A stretch of 63,666 nt of DNA, filler included, from Reticulomyxa filosa (taxonomy: Eukaryota; Protista; Foraminifera): the NCBI GenBank assembly GCA_000512085.1. It is 17 parts of 17 records of this genome, joined end to end, with 100 filler letters (N's around TTAATTAATTAA, not from the genome) between each part and the next. Parts side by side here need not be neighbours in the genome. Positions count along the whole stretch, not along the records: positions 26,105 to 38,410 come from ASPP01005926.1; positions 38,511 to 40,033 come from ASPP01009496.1; positions 40,134 to 42,212 come from ASPP01042347.1; positions 42,313 to 45,538 come from ASPP01006437.1; positions 45,639 to 46,677 come from ASPP01024922.1; positions 46,778 to 47,820 come from ASPP01036099.1; 11 more parts are not named here. One strand, given 5' to 3'. The notes under the pieces were generated by a model. That model was not told the DNA's origin and did not search any database. It was given only the letters and a program-made list of their open reading frames with translations. The first letter of the stretch is position 1. The number at the start of each line of letters is the position of its first letter. The position numbers and the translations under genes were made by a program. Positions 36,118 to 47,920 of this stretch are shown piece after piece.

Positions 36118-37525
36118 TCATGAAAAATGAACACCTTTTCGCCCACGGAAAAAAGAAGGCGCTACAACAGTGTTTCGTCCAAACCATTGAGCTCGAGGAA
36201 CGTGATGCCAATAAACATAGGGGAAAACGTACCTCTTCAGATAATAAAAAAACTGCGTGGGTTTACTTTGATCAACAAACGAGGAGAAAGTTTCACTGAT
36301 TTTTCCATCGTACAAAAACTCGGCCAGCATCAATTTGTTATCTCCAACGAAAATAGGACAACTGGTATAGCCATCATACAGCTCTTTAACTTCGACTTTG
36401 GCATTCTTATTTTTATGTAGAATCATTGTGTTTTGCAAATTGCAAACCAAGACGGGACTTTGAGCAAACACAGCGGCGGCAGTTTTGCTAGTCGGCAAGC
36501 TAGAGCAATCGCCTAATGCAAATACGTTGTCAAATTTGACGGATTGCAAGGTATGTTTATGAACATCCACATAACCAGCTTGATTGCTAAACGCAGCCTT
36601 GGCGACGCAGGGAAGAGGTTTTTGAAGTGGAACAAGATGCAAAAGATCATAGGGTACCTCCAGTAAAGTGTCTTCCTGAGGTTGTTGACTAATTTTTTTA
36701 AAATAAACCTTTTTGTTTTTCGAATCAATTTTTTTGGCTTCGTATTCAAAATGCGGAACAATGTTTTTTTCTGTCACAATTCGATATAACGCGTCCGAGT
36801 ATTTTTTGACAGGAAACATTTGTGGCAACGCCGTGTAAAAATGAATATCACATGAATTACGTATTTTTTTTTTACGCATACTCTCCTCGCACAAATATAC
36901 CCATTTTTGCGGCGCACCTCCGCATTTGATCGGCATCGATGGTTGCGTTGCCACAATTTTACCCCCTTTAAAATTTTCTCGCAATCGATTTATTTTCTTC
37001 GCGTACGCAAGATTGTACATTGAACCAACTGGACTCTCTGGGTCTTCTAGTGCTTCCGTTGCACCTTCGATCAGATCAAATCGTAACTGATTCCCACAAG
37101 CCATCACAAGGTAATCATAAGTAAATGCCTTTCCTGACGAGGTGATCACTTTGTTTGACTTGGATCAAATTCTTGTATGTCATCGGGCACCAGATTAATT
37201 TGCTCGTCAAACATTTGAGCCATTGGCTCGTGCAATATTTGGAACATGCTCTTTCAATGTCTTCTTCGTTGCTTCCTAATAACCCTCCACTTAGCATTGT
37301 AAATCCTGGTTGGTAGTAGTGCAAATGGCTTTTGTCAAATACCGTTATGTCGCTTGCCTTCGATACTAACTCTTTTTTTAAAATTTGTGCAGCGACAGAC
37401 ATCCCTCCGGTCCCGCCACCTACTATTACTACGCGGGAATTGTGACTCCGGGAAGAAATTTTCAAATGTTTCGGTTGAATACATTTAAGGAATACACGTT
37501 TAGTCACACCAAAACGCTTCAACAT
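36118..37525 (-). CDS. SQOR: Sulfide:quinone oxidoreductase (type II, mitochondrial-like); two homopolymer frameshifts
   Basis: VVIVGGGTGG FAD motif, HYYQPGFT, YDYLVMACG, PIKCGGAPQK, NVFALGDCSSLPTSKTAAA, YDGYTSCP, LMLAEF. Basic N-terminal presequence. Confidence 0.93.
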
Positions 37526-38169
37526 TGTTTTTTTACGATAGCGAATGCGAGCTTTAAATTGATTCCTTCAACTTTTACTACTAAAAGTTATGTTAGCCCC
37601 TTTTTCTTTTGTCTGGTGATCATTTCTGGCCAGACCTAGTTTTGCACTGAAATAATGGACCACAATTTTTCTCTTTTTAAAAATAAATTTACAAGTTCAT
37701 TGAAATACGGCATTTGAAGGGCAAAAAACCTTCTTAACAAGGAGAAAAACCTAATGTGCAAAAATCAAAGATTAGCTTGTTAATCTCATTAATGCAAAGA
37801 TAAAATCACTTTAACAGCTAATTATTGTCCAAAAAAAAGCACAGAAACGTTCTGCCCTTGACAAAATACAATAAACTTGTCAGGGTCGATATTCAGCATG
37901 CTAGTGTTTTAAATTAATGAAATGTGTACATTTTCCACTCTCTACGTCATATTAAGTTACATAAGAAAGATGGAGGAAAATCTTATGCCATTTGAACATC
38001 AGCATCATATGCAGATGTTTTTTGCACCAGTGATATTTGTTTGTTTATCAATTTTCGACCCAACTAGCTGTCTCATTGTTGACACTTGTTTTTTTATTTT
38101 TCTTTTGTTTATTTTTAGTTTCATTTTTTTCTTTGCGTTTACTCGTTGTATCATTTTTATTTCGTTTTG

Positions 38170-38410
38170 TATTTAGTTTTGTTTTCGGTTTTATTTTCGG
38201 TTTTGTTTTCTTTGTTTTCGGTTTTGTTTTCGGTTTTATTTTCGGTTTTATTTTTAGTTTTATATTTGGTTTTCTTTTCTGTCTTGTTTTCAGTGTTATT
38301 TTTAGTTTTCTTTTCGGTCTTGTTTTTAGTTTTATTTTCAGTCTTGGTTTTAGTTTTATTTTCAGTCTCGGTTTTAGTTTTATTTTCAACCTTATTTTTA
38401 GTTTTATTTT
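38170..38410 (-). repeat. 12-nt tandem repeat encoding (NKT[E/K])n; probable 3' end of a repetitive protein
   Basis: Units AA(T/C)AA(A/G)AC(T/C)(G/A)AA, roughly 20 copies, with much of the variation at third codon positions of the NKTE frame. Confidence 0.75.
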
Positions 38411-38510
38411 NNNNNNNNNNNNNNNNNNNNNNNNNNNNNNNNNNNNNNNNNNNNTTAATTAATTAANNNNNNNNNNNNNNNNNNNNNNNNNNNNNNNNNN
38501 NNNNNNNNNN
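38411..38510. other. Artificial contig linker
   Basis: N44-TTAATTAATTAA-N44. Confidence 0.98.
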
Positions 38511-38559
38511 AAAAAGTTTTATAATTATTCGTACATTTTTGTGTGTGTGTGTGTAATAA

Positions 38560-40033
38560 TTAAAAAGAAAAAGACTTTTTATAAACTTTCATTTTCTTTC
38601 GCTGTCCATTGTTATGATTCGATGAAACAGAGATGAGAGAAGCATCAGGTCGAATATCACTTTGAGAAAAGGTTTGTTTGGAAGAAGTTCTTTCATTTCC
38701 AAATGGGACACTATCGTCATTGCCTTCCTTTCTTTTGTTCACTTCATTATCATCTTCATTATCATCTCCATCATCATCTCCATCATCATCATCTCTTCCC
38801 TCAAAAAAGCCAGCCAAGCCAACATCACGCAGGATCTCCATCAAGTCCTCATCCGTCTTGCCTCTGGCTTTCATATCGTCCACGCCGTCGGGATAGATGA
38901 TCTGGTCTCGAAAGGTGCCATCGACGAGATAAGGTTTTTGGGGTATGTAATAGAGCTGCTCTTCCGGAGGCGCATAGACCTTGCCATCCCACGACGGCCA
39001 CAGTCCGCCCAAGATGCGAAACATCGACGACTTGCCACAGCCATTGGGTCCGACGATCATCAAGTGGTCGCCGACGTTGACTCGGAACGACAGTTGGTTT
39101 TTCAGAATGTCGCCATTGGGAGTGATAATGCTGACACGATCAAACTCGATATAGTCGTCCACGGTATATCGTTCCCCTTTGCCGGGTTGCAATCCTCGCT
39201 CCGCCAACAACTCTGCATTCACCAATTGACGGTCATATTTGCCATGATGCAGATCGTCCAGCACGTCCTGCAAGCGTCCCACCAATTGCGTGTAGCCCGC
39301 CAAGCGCTGCACGGCTTCGTACGACGTCACGATGCGGCCGATTGCTTTGGACAGATTGATCAACAGCGAGCTGTTGCGCACGTAGTCTTGCGTAATGTCA
39401 CTCGCCGTCGCGTTCGCACTTGCGTACTGCGATGACCTCTTTCCAAACACTGGCAAACCCAACACGCTGTAGCCCATCATCACGCTCCCGTACTTTTGCA
39501 AAAAGTTGTTGAATGCTGTCATCCCCAACTTGGCTTCCAATGTGTACTGACTGTGGTCCTCCAACGTCGAGTACTTCTTGTTCAATAGCTCCTTTTCTCG
39601 CTTGTGTCCAGAGTAAAATGCTATCTCTTCGCTGTGCGTTATCAATCGGTGATGGTTCGTTCGGAACTCGCCTTGTTACAAATTAACAAAAGTAAATAAA
39701 TAAATAATATACATATATATATATGTATATTATTTATTTATTTAGTTTTTTTTTTTTGTTTTGCTAATTTATTGTTATCATTATCATTACCTTCCAATTC
39801 TTGTGCTTTCGCGGTCAGCGACCCGAAAGGAGGCGAAATGTACCGGATGACGAACAGAGACATTGTGTAGTAACCCAGGACGGTCAAAGGACCCTCCCAT
39901 CCCATCAGCTCGGACAGCTTCAGCGAAAACAGCACAATGTCCAACAGAGGCTTCGTTATATTCGAGTACAGCTCTGACAGCGCACGTCCCCACAGCGTTA
40001 TCGTCTCCGTCATCACTTGATCCCTTTTTTTTT
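38560..40033 (-). CDS. Peroxisomal ABC transporter subfamily D (ABCD/PXA-like), internal fragment
   Basis: KPLLDIVLF, EGEFR..H.RLITHSEEIAFY (EAA motif), RLAGYT, Walker A GPNGCGKSS, YIPQKPYL..GTFRDQIIYP. Confidence 0.94.
39693..39744. repeat. Perfect 52-bp palindrome inside the ABCD intron
   Basis: taaataaataaataatatacatatat followed directly by its reverse complement atatatgtatattatttatttattta. Confidence 0.92.
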
Positions 40034-40133
40034 NNNNNNNNNNNNNNNNNNNNNNNNNNNNNNNNNNNNNNNNNNNNTTAATTAATTAANNNNNNNNNNN
40101 NNNNNNNNNNNNNNNNNNNNNNNNNNNNNNNNN
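40034..40133. other. Artificial contig linker
   Basis: N44-TTAATTAATTAA-N44. Confidence 0.98.
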
Positions 40134-41369
40134 AGATCACTGTTTTACTTGGGCAGATTTTTCTGTAACAAAAAATTAGATTGACAAAAGTGATTATAAC
40201 AAAAAAAAACTCTATATAAAAACCTTTTTGTCTGACTTCATACATGAAAGACGATGAATAGAATTAATCGAATTAATCGAATTTTAACAAAAAAAACCAA
40301 CAATCCCAATTGGGATTAATCAGAAAAACTGTTTAAATTTCTACCTTCTTTTTTCTAATTTAAAACTTTTCAACCAATTTCAGCTAAATTTTTCATAACA
40401 GTAAATTTTCAAAAGTTTCAATAAAATGTAAAGTGTTTTATCAAAATAAACTAATTTTTCATTTTTTCTGCAACATGAAATTTACAGTGGAAAACTGTTT
40501 AAAAAAAAATTCTATGTCGTATAAATTAAAAAAAGAAATACAAAATGTGACCCAACAAATCAATATAAAAGATGAAGAAATACACAATATAGAAAGAAAA
40601 AAAAGAAACAATAATGAAATGTTTTATAAGGTTTTGAGATTTAAACTAAAAACAAATGGTTTTGTCATTACTTAGATGCATCGGCATTAAAGCATAGGTG
40701 CCAATAAGTGCTTATTATTATGGAATTATAATAAATATTAATTAATTTCATAACAATTTGTAAACAGACCCTTAAAATCAATTTTTTATATAATTTGTGA
40801 AATAATAATTATATAGAAGCAAAATTGAGGATACATAAAGTTTAATTAAAAAAATGAAATTGAAAACAAAAATAATATAAAAAAAATTAATTTTTATAAT
40901 GTCTTTTTTAAAGTAGTGTGTTTAAATCAACTAACTTTGATAAAAATTTTTTATTGTTATTTATTCACTTTGATCGATAAAAATCATACACCGATTTGTC
41001 AAAATCTTGCAATACTAATATGAAAAAAATGTACAAGCTAGCAAAAAGAAATCTTGTACAAACAGATTATATTATGTTAGCTAATTCTGAAGAAGACTAT
41101 TTTCGTTACAATTGGTAGATTCATTGGATAATAATCATTATTTTTTGACATTCAAAAATAAAACTAAATTTTTGCAATTTATTTTTTATTCGTTGTTGAA
41201 AATAATGTTATGTTGCTCACTAATAAAAGAATTAGAAAGTTATCTCTTTTCATTGGAAAATAACGAAACATTAATTTTAAATTAAAAAAAAATAAAAAAA
41301 GAATTGTATTTTTTCTTGTGGAAGAAGAACAAAAAAACTAAAATAATATACAATGTTTTCGCTTCAATA

Positions 41370-41870
41370 AGTGATAGTCTTCGATTTCTTTCAATTTGAA
41401 ATTGGACGCCCCTGCCAAAATCATTATGTCACCACCAAAAATGGTCTTGATTCCACTGAAGATATCACGAAATGCTTTTGCAAAAGTGATGCTTACTTCT
41501 ACGTTATAACAATTAAACTATATTGTAGTTTTGGAGTAGCAATGATTCAAACGCTTATTTTTTTAGTTTTGATAATAGAAGAATCAGTAAAATTATCGTT
41601 AATACATACAACATAATAATCTGAAAATAGAATGTATGAAATCCCGATGACATATTATTCTTACATTATACATACCTACACACTAGAATTTATTTTTTTT
41701 TCATATTTATCCTATGTAAAAGGTTCCACTCGTTTTCATTTCATGAAGACACTTCTAATTCAAAAGACAACGATTGTTGTTGTTTATGCCATTCGCTAGC
41801 CAATGTACTAAAGCCGTTGGATCACCAGTACATTTGCTTTGTATAGTAATGTTTTCCACTTGGACAGATC
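41370..41870 (-). mobile_element. Possible decayed PIF1-type (Helitron-like) helicase remnant
   Basis: Colinear frameshifted motifs: SG/KTLLYKA, SSG/ISYIL, NDNFTDSSIIK, QYSLIVI, AFRDIFSGIKTIFGGDIMILAG. Confidence 0.4.
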
Positions 41871-42212
41871 ATTTTCAACAATAGTCAGTTTTTGGATAAG
41901 CATTTGTTGAAAGTATCAGGAACAGATGATATTTCGTTCTGTAATTCAATAGTAACATATAAATCATAATTGCACATTGTTTGCTTCAATTGAAAAAAAC
42001 TGTGGTTAAATGGTATTTCAAGACAATCTTAACAATTAAGATTTTTTTATCAGTAGAAATTTTTTTGAAAGCAAACAAAAACTTACTTTTGTGAAGATAC
42101 TATTTTTCATACAAGAATGAAACAGACATATTCTTTTAGTGTGAAAAGCGTAGATTATTTTAGACCCAATTCCGGTCTTTCTACGACAATTCTACACCAA
42201 TAGGAACTGTAA

Positions 42213-42312
42213 NNNNNNNNNNNNNNNNNNNNNNNNNNNNNNNNNNNNNNNNNNNNTTAATTAATTAANNNNNNNNNNNNNNNNNNNNNNNNNNNNNNNN
42301 NNNNNNNNNNNN
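42213..42312. other. Artificial contig linker
   Basis: N44-TTAATTAATTAA-N44. Confidence 0.98.
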
Positions 42313-43485
42313 TAAATTTTTACTTTTTCGAACAATTTTTCAATTTATTTTTTTTTATTTTGTTAATTAGTTTTATGCTTTTTTTTTATGTTTTTGTCAA
42401 TTTTATTTTGAAAGCTTTGAAGTATTCATCAATGATATGATTGCATAATTTTTAATCTGTTATGTTGAAATATATATTTTTTTTTTATTATATTGCATAG
42501 TGTATGTTTTTAAATACTTAAGCTTTGCTTTTTAATTTTAATGTTGGCGCTGTTATAATTTTTTTTTGGATTGCGTGCATGTTGTCTATATTATTTGTTT
42601 ATGTTTGAATTTATTTTTTTGTTTATGTTTTCATGTTGTTACTTTTATTTACTATACTACTGACAGGCTTAAACAAATATTTATTTTTGTACTGCAATTA
42701 TTACTATTCATTTCAATATTATTATTTGTTACACTTTAACGTATGTGACCTTACCACGACATCAATGTATACTTGTGAGTTATAAAAAACAATCAAGTAT
42801 TTAGAAGATATTTGGTTGTATTACTTAACTCTGGTATGCTCACAACTTAATTACGCTATATTTCTATTCGTTACGAATGAAATTTTTATCTTCAGTAAAA
42901 CAAAAACGAATTAAACAAAGAAATGAACAAACAAAAATACAAGAACGAAGATGAAGTGAAAAAAGTAAAAAAGTTTTAGATAAAAGGGATGCTAAGTTCA
43001 GACGTCTTCCCTTTGCACTTACTAGTGACTGCTAAATGTTGTAAATCTAGAATTAATATTATAAAATGTATAACGTAGCTGGTTTTTTGACAGAATAATT
43101 TATTTGTGGGATGTAGAACTATTTTATTGAAAGTATAAACAATATCTGATGTAATTCTTACTGTAATTGACTTATTTGTCTTATTCAATTAGTAGACAGT
43201 TCAACATTGGATGAAATCAGAAATGATTGAAAAATGTTGAGATGACTTGAAACATTTTCTGAGAGTCAAACTATTGTATCGTGTTCATATGATAGATTGT
43301 TTGTCAACGAGACAAAGTAGCAAATGTCTTGGAGACTTGTTCCTTTTTTCTCCGAATTTTGGCATTCTCACATTCAAGGTAAATCATATTTTTTTTGAGA
43401 AATCTCGTCAACGACGTAAACATTATTCAACGCACGAGCAGAATGGTAACACCATCTCCAGTGCTTTGCACAGGCAAGAGGAAAA

Positions 43486-45495
43486 ATGTCCGAGGTATCG
43501 ACACAACGAGAGTTGAGGAACATGGAAGGAAGAAGAACAAAAAAAAAAGAAGAGAAGAGAAATTGTGTTGTTGATGGTACTGAATGGATAGACCGAGAAT
43601 TTCTGTTTTTGTCTTGCGTAAGAACAATGGAAGCAGAAAGTCGTAAAATGTTTATGGAACAATTTACCTGTCAACTAATGAAACAAATGGAGCTGTATAC
43701 AAGACATAGTAACATCGGGCGAGCACGCGAAGGCAAGAGCAAGTGGACAACACGAATGAGAGAAAAGGAAAAAGGAGGAGGAAAAGAAGAAGAATGTTCA
43801 GATAAGGAATTGTATGATGACAGATACGGCGAAAGCGAAATAGAATGTGATTACGAAAGGACTAAAAAAAGCGACAGCTATATCAATGAGGGCGAAATAG
43901 CCGAGTTTGGGAATGAAGAGTTGAGTGTAGAGACGTTGGTAACATGCTGTGATTTTGAAACCAATGTGATAACATTTTTGCCTAAATTGATATCTCTGGC
44001 ATATATGTGTCCATTCGAAGACGTAGCTGTCCAGTGTCGACACATACTGGAGAGATGGCAACAACATTTGAATATGCCTATCTTCAAAATACACATGCCA
44101 CTATTGTCGCCGTTTGTGTATTGCAGTTTCAATTGTCAAACGAAAAATCACGACCACAGTCGCAATCACAATCACAGCCACGATAGTCATTCCAACCAAC
44201 AATACACAAACAAAAATGCCAACCCTTTTGTTTTGCCAGGCTGGAAAGACAATAAGATACTGCGATTGTTTCAAGAGACATTTGTAAGATTGGGACAGTT
44301 TTGCAAATTTTTTTTTTTTTTTTTTTTTCAAAATTTTTTTTTCTCCCCTTTTTTTTTTTTTTTTTTTTAGACCTTTCGCTTTTTTTTGTGACATTAGTGT
44401 GACAAACCTCGATTTGCTGCTCAGCCGACATCCTACTTACTGGGTGGACTTTACCAAGTTTTATGAGACATTGATGCTTGGCAATGGGCAGATGTCACAT
44501 GAGTGGAGATATTATGTAGCAATTATGGCGGCTTCTCGGTACGACTGCGCGCCGTTGGTTGGTTTCTTAGAATGCCAATTTCAAGAATTTGATGGAAACT
44601 ATTCATGGATTGATGCCGGCTTAAGTGCTGCTCATCCAAAACTGAAAAAGATTGCCTTGCTGAATGCATTGTTGGCACACAACCCATGGACTATTTCTCC
44701 CAAACACATTGCAGTGAGTTTTTTTTTTAAAAAAAAAAAGAAACAGGAGGGAGATTTTCCATCGAAAGAAAGATAAAAAAAAAAAAATTTGTAAACTTAG
44801 TTTAGTTTGTATTTTATTTTTTAATTTGTAAAGTTTGTGTATGTTATGTTTGTTTGGCATTCCATTTTTCAAAAAGGAACTAGTGAAAGGCAAACAGACA
44901 TCATGGAGTGTATCCGAGATTATCGAGGCAATGGTAATCATGGCCACGTTTCATGGACTGTGCAGTTTTTATCAAGGATTTGCACTCTCACCAGAATTTG
45001 ATTGGTATTTTCGCAACTTGACTCAACACGGAATTGAAAACGATTTTGGTACCCCTGTTGCCAGTCTCGTTTGTGCGATGAACCGTTTGATCACACATCA
45101 ACGGCTACAGGAAAAAAACTGCTGCGAAAACATTCATTTCGATAAGAACATTCTGCAATATACCAAAGGCGAGTCGACGATAGTCTGCGACGATATCCAT
45201 CACGATTGTAAGGGATGCCATGAACAATCAGAGGACAATCACGAAGAAAACGGCAAAAACAATGGCTATGACAAAGACAATGAAAGCGATGAAACGCAAA
45301 AACATGAGCAAAACGAAACAAGGTCATCGTCCATAAGGAATAAGCTCCGACGCGTCAATCAGGATATTCCGGCCACAACGGTAGCAAAAAACTTGAACTC
45401 CTCATATATCCCGTGTTTGAGCAAGAGCGACGATGAGGCAAACTTTCACACCAACGCTGCGCCTGCTACGTCTACACACGTTTCGTACAGAGCCT

Positions 45496-45497
<2 letters not shown>
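43486..45497 (+). CDS. Sestrin (PA26) family protein, N-terminal half (3' partial)
   Basis: CPFEDV; HPTYW..F; WRYYVAIMAASRYDC; KLKKIALLNALLAHNPWTISPKHI; WSVSEIIEAMVIMATFHGLCSF all match the sestrin A domain. Confidence 0.9.
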
Positions 45498-45537
<40 letters not shown>

Positions 45538-45538
45538 A

Positions 45539-45638
45539 NNNNNNNNNNNNNNNNNNNNNNNNNNNNNNNNNNNNNNNNNNNNTTAATTAATTAANNNNNN
45601 NNNNNNNNNNNNNNNNNNNNNNNNNNNNNNNNNNNNNN
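45539..45638. other. Artificial contig linker
   Basis: N44-TTAATTAATTAA-N44. Confidence 0.98.
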
Positions 45639-45980
45639 TAAATTTGCGATTGCAGCCTATAAATTTTAGCACAATGTACTATTGGCAAAATAATATTACT
45701 TTTTGCAATTCGGATTCTGTTTTTTAAATTCATTAATCTTTGAATATTAAGTCTGTGGGAAGTGCTCTATATATCAAAATTATTTGAATAAACATTGGAA
45801 GCAAAATAAAAGTTAAATAATGAATACGAACAAAGTGACCTTAAAAATTCCATAATATTTACAACCAAGCAAAAATGCTTCTTGTCTTAAAACAGAGTTT
45901 TTTCGAATATTGCCCCCCCTTCATGTTGTTTAGCTATTAGGAAAATTAAAGAATACTGCATTGAGTAAAATCATTACAAC

Positions 45981-46630
45981 ATGGAATTTCGGGTATTGTC
46001 CAGTGAAATTCAATGCTATCAAGATAAAGACTTGTCAGTACCAGAAAACAACGTTCAGCTAACAATGAACGAGGTTGTGTCCGGTAGTTATGTAGATCAA
46101 AATACAATTTTCATTACCGACCCTTACAACGTATATTGCGCGGCAGACCGTTTGGAAGTGGGTGGAGTGTTTGACATACATACATATATACGTTTATGCA
46201 TTTGTGTGATGAGGTGGACTAGTCTATTGGAACAGAGAGAGAGAGAGAGAGACAAAAACCTTGTTGAAAATAATGCAATGGCATAGCCAATGGACGCAGA
46301 ACACGCGGAATACGCCTACCAAGCCCCAGCACCAGACAGCGGACATGCCCGAGTGTCAACAGGAGCAGACGCGCCAGAAGGAATTGAAGTGGAAATTCCA
46401 GAAATGGACAATATAGCATATGCCCAACAAATGTCCCCTCCACAAGTGCCCGACAGTGTCAGAAACGAAAACAATGTGGATAAGTTAAAAGATTGTTTTG
46501 AGATACTTTTGAAAAGTGTTTGAAATGTTTGTGTTTGTATGTGCTAATGGATTTGATAAGCACATGATAAATAACACAAATAGCAATGCAAAGGCCAGCA
46601 AGGAATATATCCAAGTTTTGCATGACAATA
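45981..46630 (+). CDS. Hypothetical protein (3' partial)
   Basis: Coding-like composition in successive + ORFs (MEFRVLSSEIQ...; MDAEHAEYAYQAPAP...) separated by an intron-like AG microsatellite; no recognisable motif. Confidence 0.4.
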
Positions 46631-46635
46631 TATAT

Positions 46636-46677
<42 letters not shown>
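46630..46677. repeat. (TA)n microsatellite at contig end
   Basis: Long tatata run. Confidence 0.9.
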
Positions 46678-46777
46678 NNNNNNNNNNNNNNNNNNNNNNN
46701 NNNNNNNNNNNNNNNNNNNNNTTAATTAATTAANNNNNNNNNNNNNNNNNNNNNNNNNNNNNNNNNNNNNNNNNNNN
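46678..46777. other. Artificial contig linker
   Basis: N44-TTAATTAATTAA-N44. Confidence 0.98.
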
Positions 46778-46784
46778 CCTCGCA

Positions 46785-47820
46785 ATGGAAAAATTTGCCA
46801 AATATAAAAAATTGGCAAGTAATTCCATAACAGTTTTACAGAGATATCTATCGCAATTAAATGCATTTTATGAGTTTTGTAGAAACTTGGATGATCAGTA
46901 CCTTTCGGATATGGAAACCAAATTTTTACAAAGTAAAAAATTTGTTGAGTGGTGCATTTCAAGCAATGGTGGATACGAAAAAAAGTAACATGTTTTGTAA
47001 AATATGGAATATAAGACAAGTAGCATACAGTTGCAATTCAATTTCCACTATTGCCGATCTCGCGAGCGTATTTAAACAGGCAGATTCGGATTGGAATACT
47101 TTGATTTCCAAAATTAAGAACAATATACCAATTTAGAGCTATACGCGAATGTCAAATGGGAATCAGAGATGAACTTTTTATTTCCCAATCAAAAATACAA
47201 TGCAACAACTTCTTGAAGCAAAACCTAATCAAATTCAAAATATTACCTCAACTCTTTTCCAAAGTTTGAAGGATTGGTTTAATCCACTTTCTCGATCTCA
47301 GTGTGTGCTACACAAATACAAAATCTTCATTTATGGGAGTTTTCTTAAAAGAACTTGTTATTCTTATCATACACTCAAAAACGAATACAAGTTGATCTGT
47401 AAGTATCCAAGTGATATCGCACCATTCTTTAGATATATGTATGTGTTTGTCAATGATATCATTTTATTCTTTGGTAGATGGAAAGGCAAATTTGATGATA
47501 AGGAGATTATGTCAAAAGCAGTTCACAAGTATTCACTTTGAAAAAACAATTAATAGTTACTCATAAACTTCACAAAAACAAAGAGGAGTATGATGCACTG
47601 ATAATGATAATAAACGGATATGGAGATGAAGAAGATGTATTGGTAACGAGCGAGGGAAATTTCATTCCGATTAATGAAATTCGGTCATCTTTTGATTGCA
47701 ATCGAATAAATTCTTTGAAAGACTGCCCTAAAATATTCATTATCGATGTCTGCCGTGGTAATGTTGTTCCTCAAAATGCAGAAAACATTCCAATAAAAGG
47801 GAAAAATAATAAAGAACAAA
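46785..47820 (+). pseudogene. Fragmented gene ending in a caspase-like (C14) catalytic region with His->Tyr
   Basis: YDALIMIINGYG...VLVTSEG...INEIRSSFDC...LKDCPKIFIIDVCRG. Upstream coding-like sequence is broken into several frames. Confidence 0.7.
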
Positions 47821-47920
47821 NNNNNNNNNNNNNNNNNNNNNNNNNNNNNNNNNNNNNNNNNNNNTTAATTAATTAANNNNNNNNNNNNNNNNNNNNNNNN
47901 NNNNNNNNNNNNNNNNNNNN
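47821..47920. other. Artificial contig linker
   Basis: N44-TTAATTAATTAA-N44. Confidence 0.98.

Noticed and set aside
30798-37525. Oxygenase-ankyrin-SQR as a sulfur-metabolism gene cluster
   Set aside because: Eukaryotic genes with mixed orientation and no functional link visible in the sequence.
38037-38466. Phe/Ser/Val-rich plus-strand ORFs and the KIKLKP minus-strand ORF
   Set aside because: Alternative readings of the 12-nt repeat; third-position variation favours the NKTE frame.
38662-39435. 257-aa plus-strand ORF
   Set aside because: Antisense shadow of the GC-rich ABCD exon.
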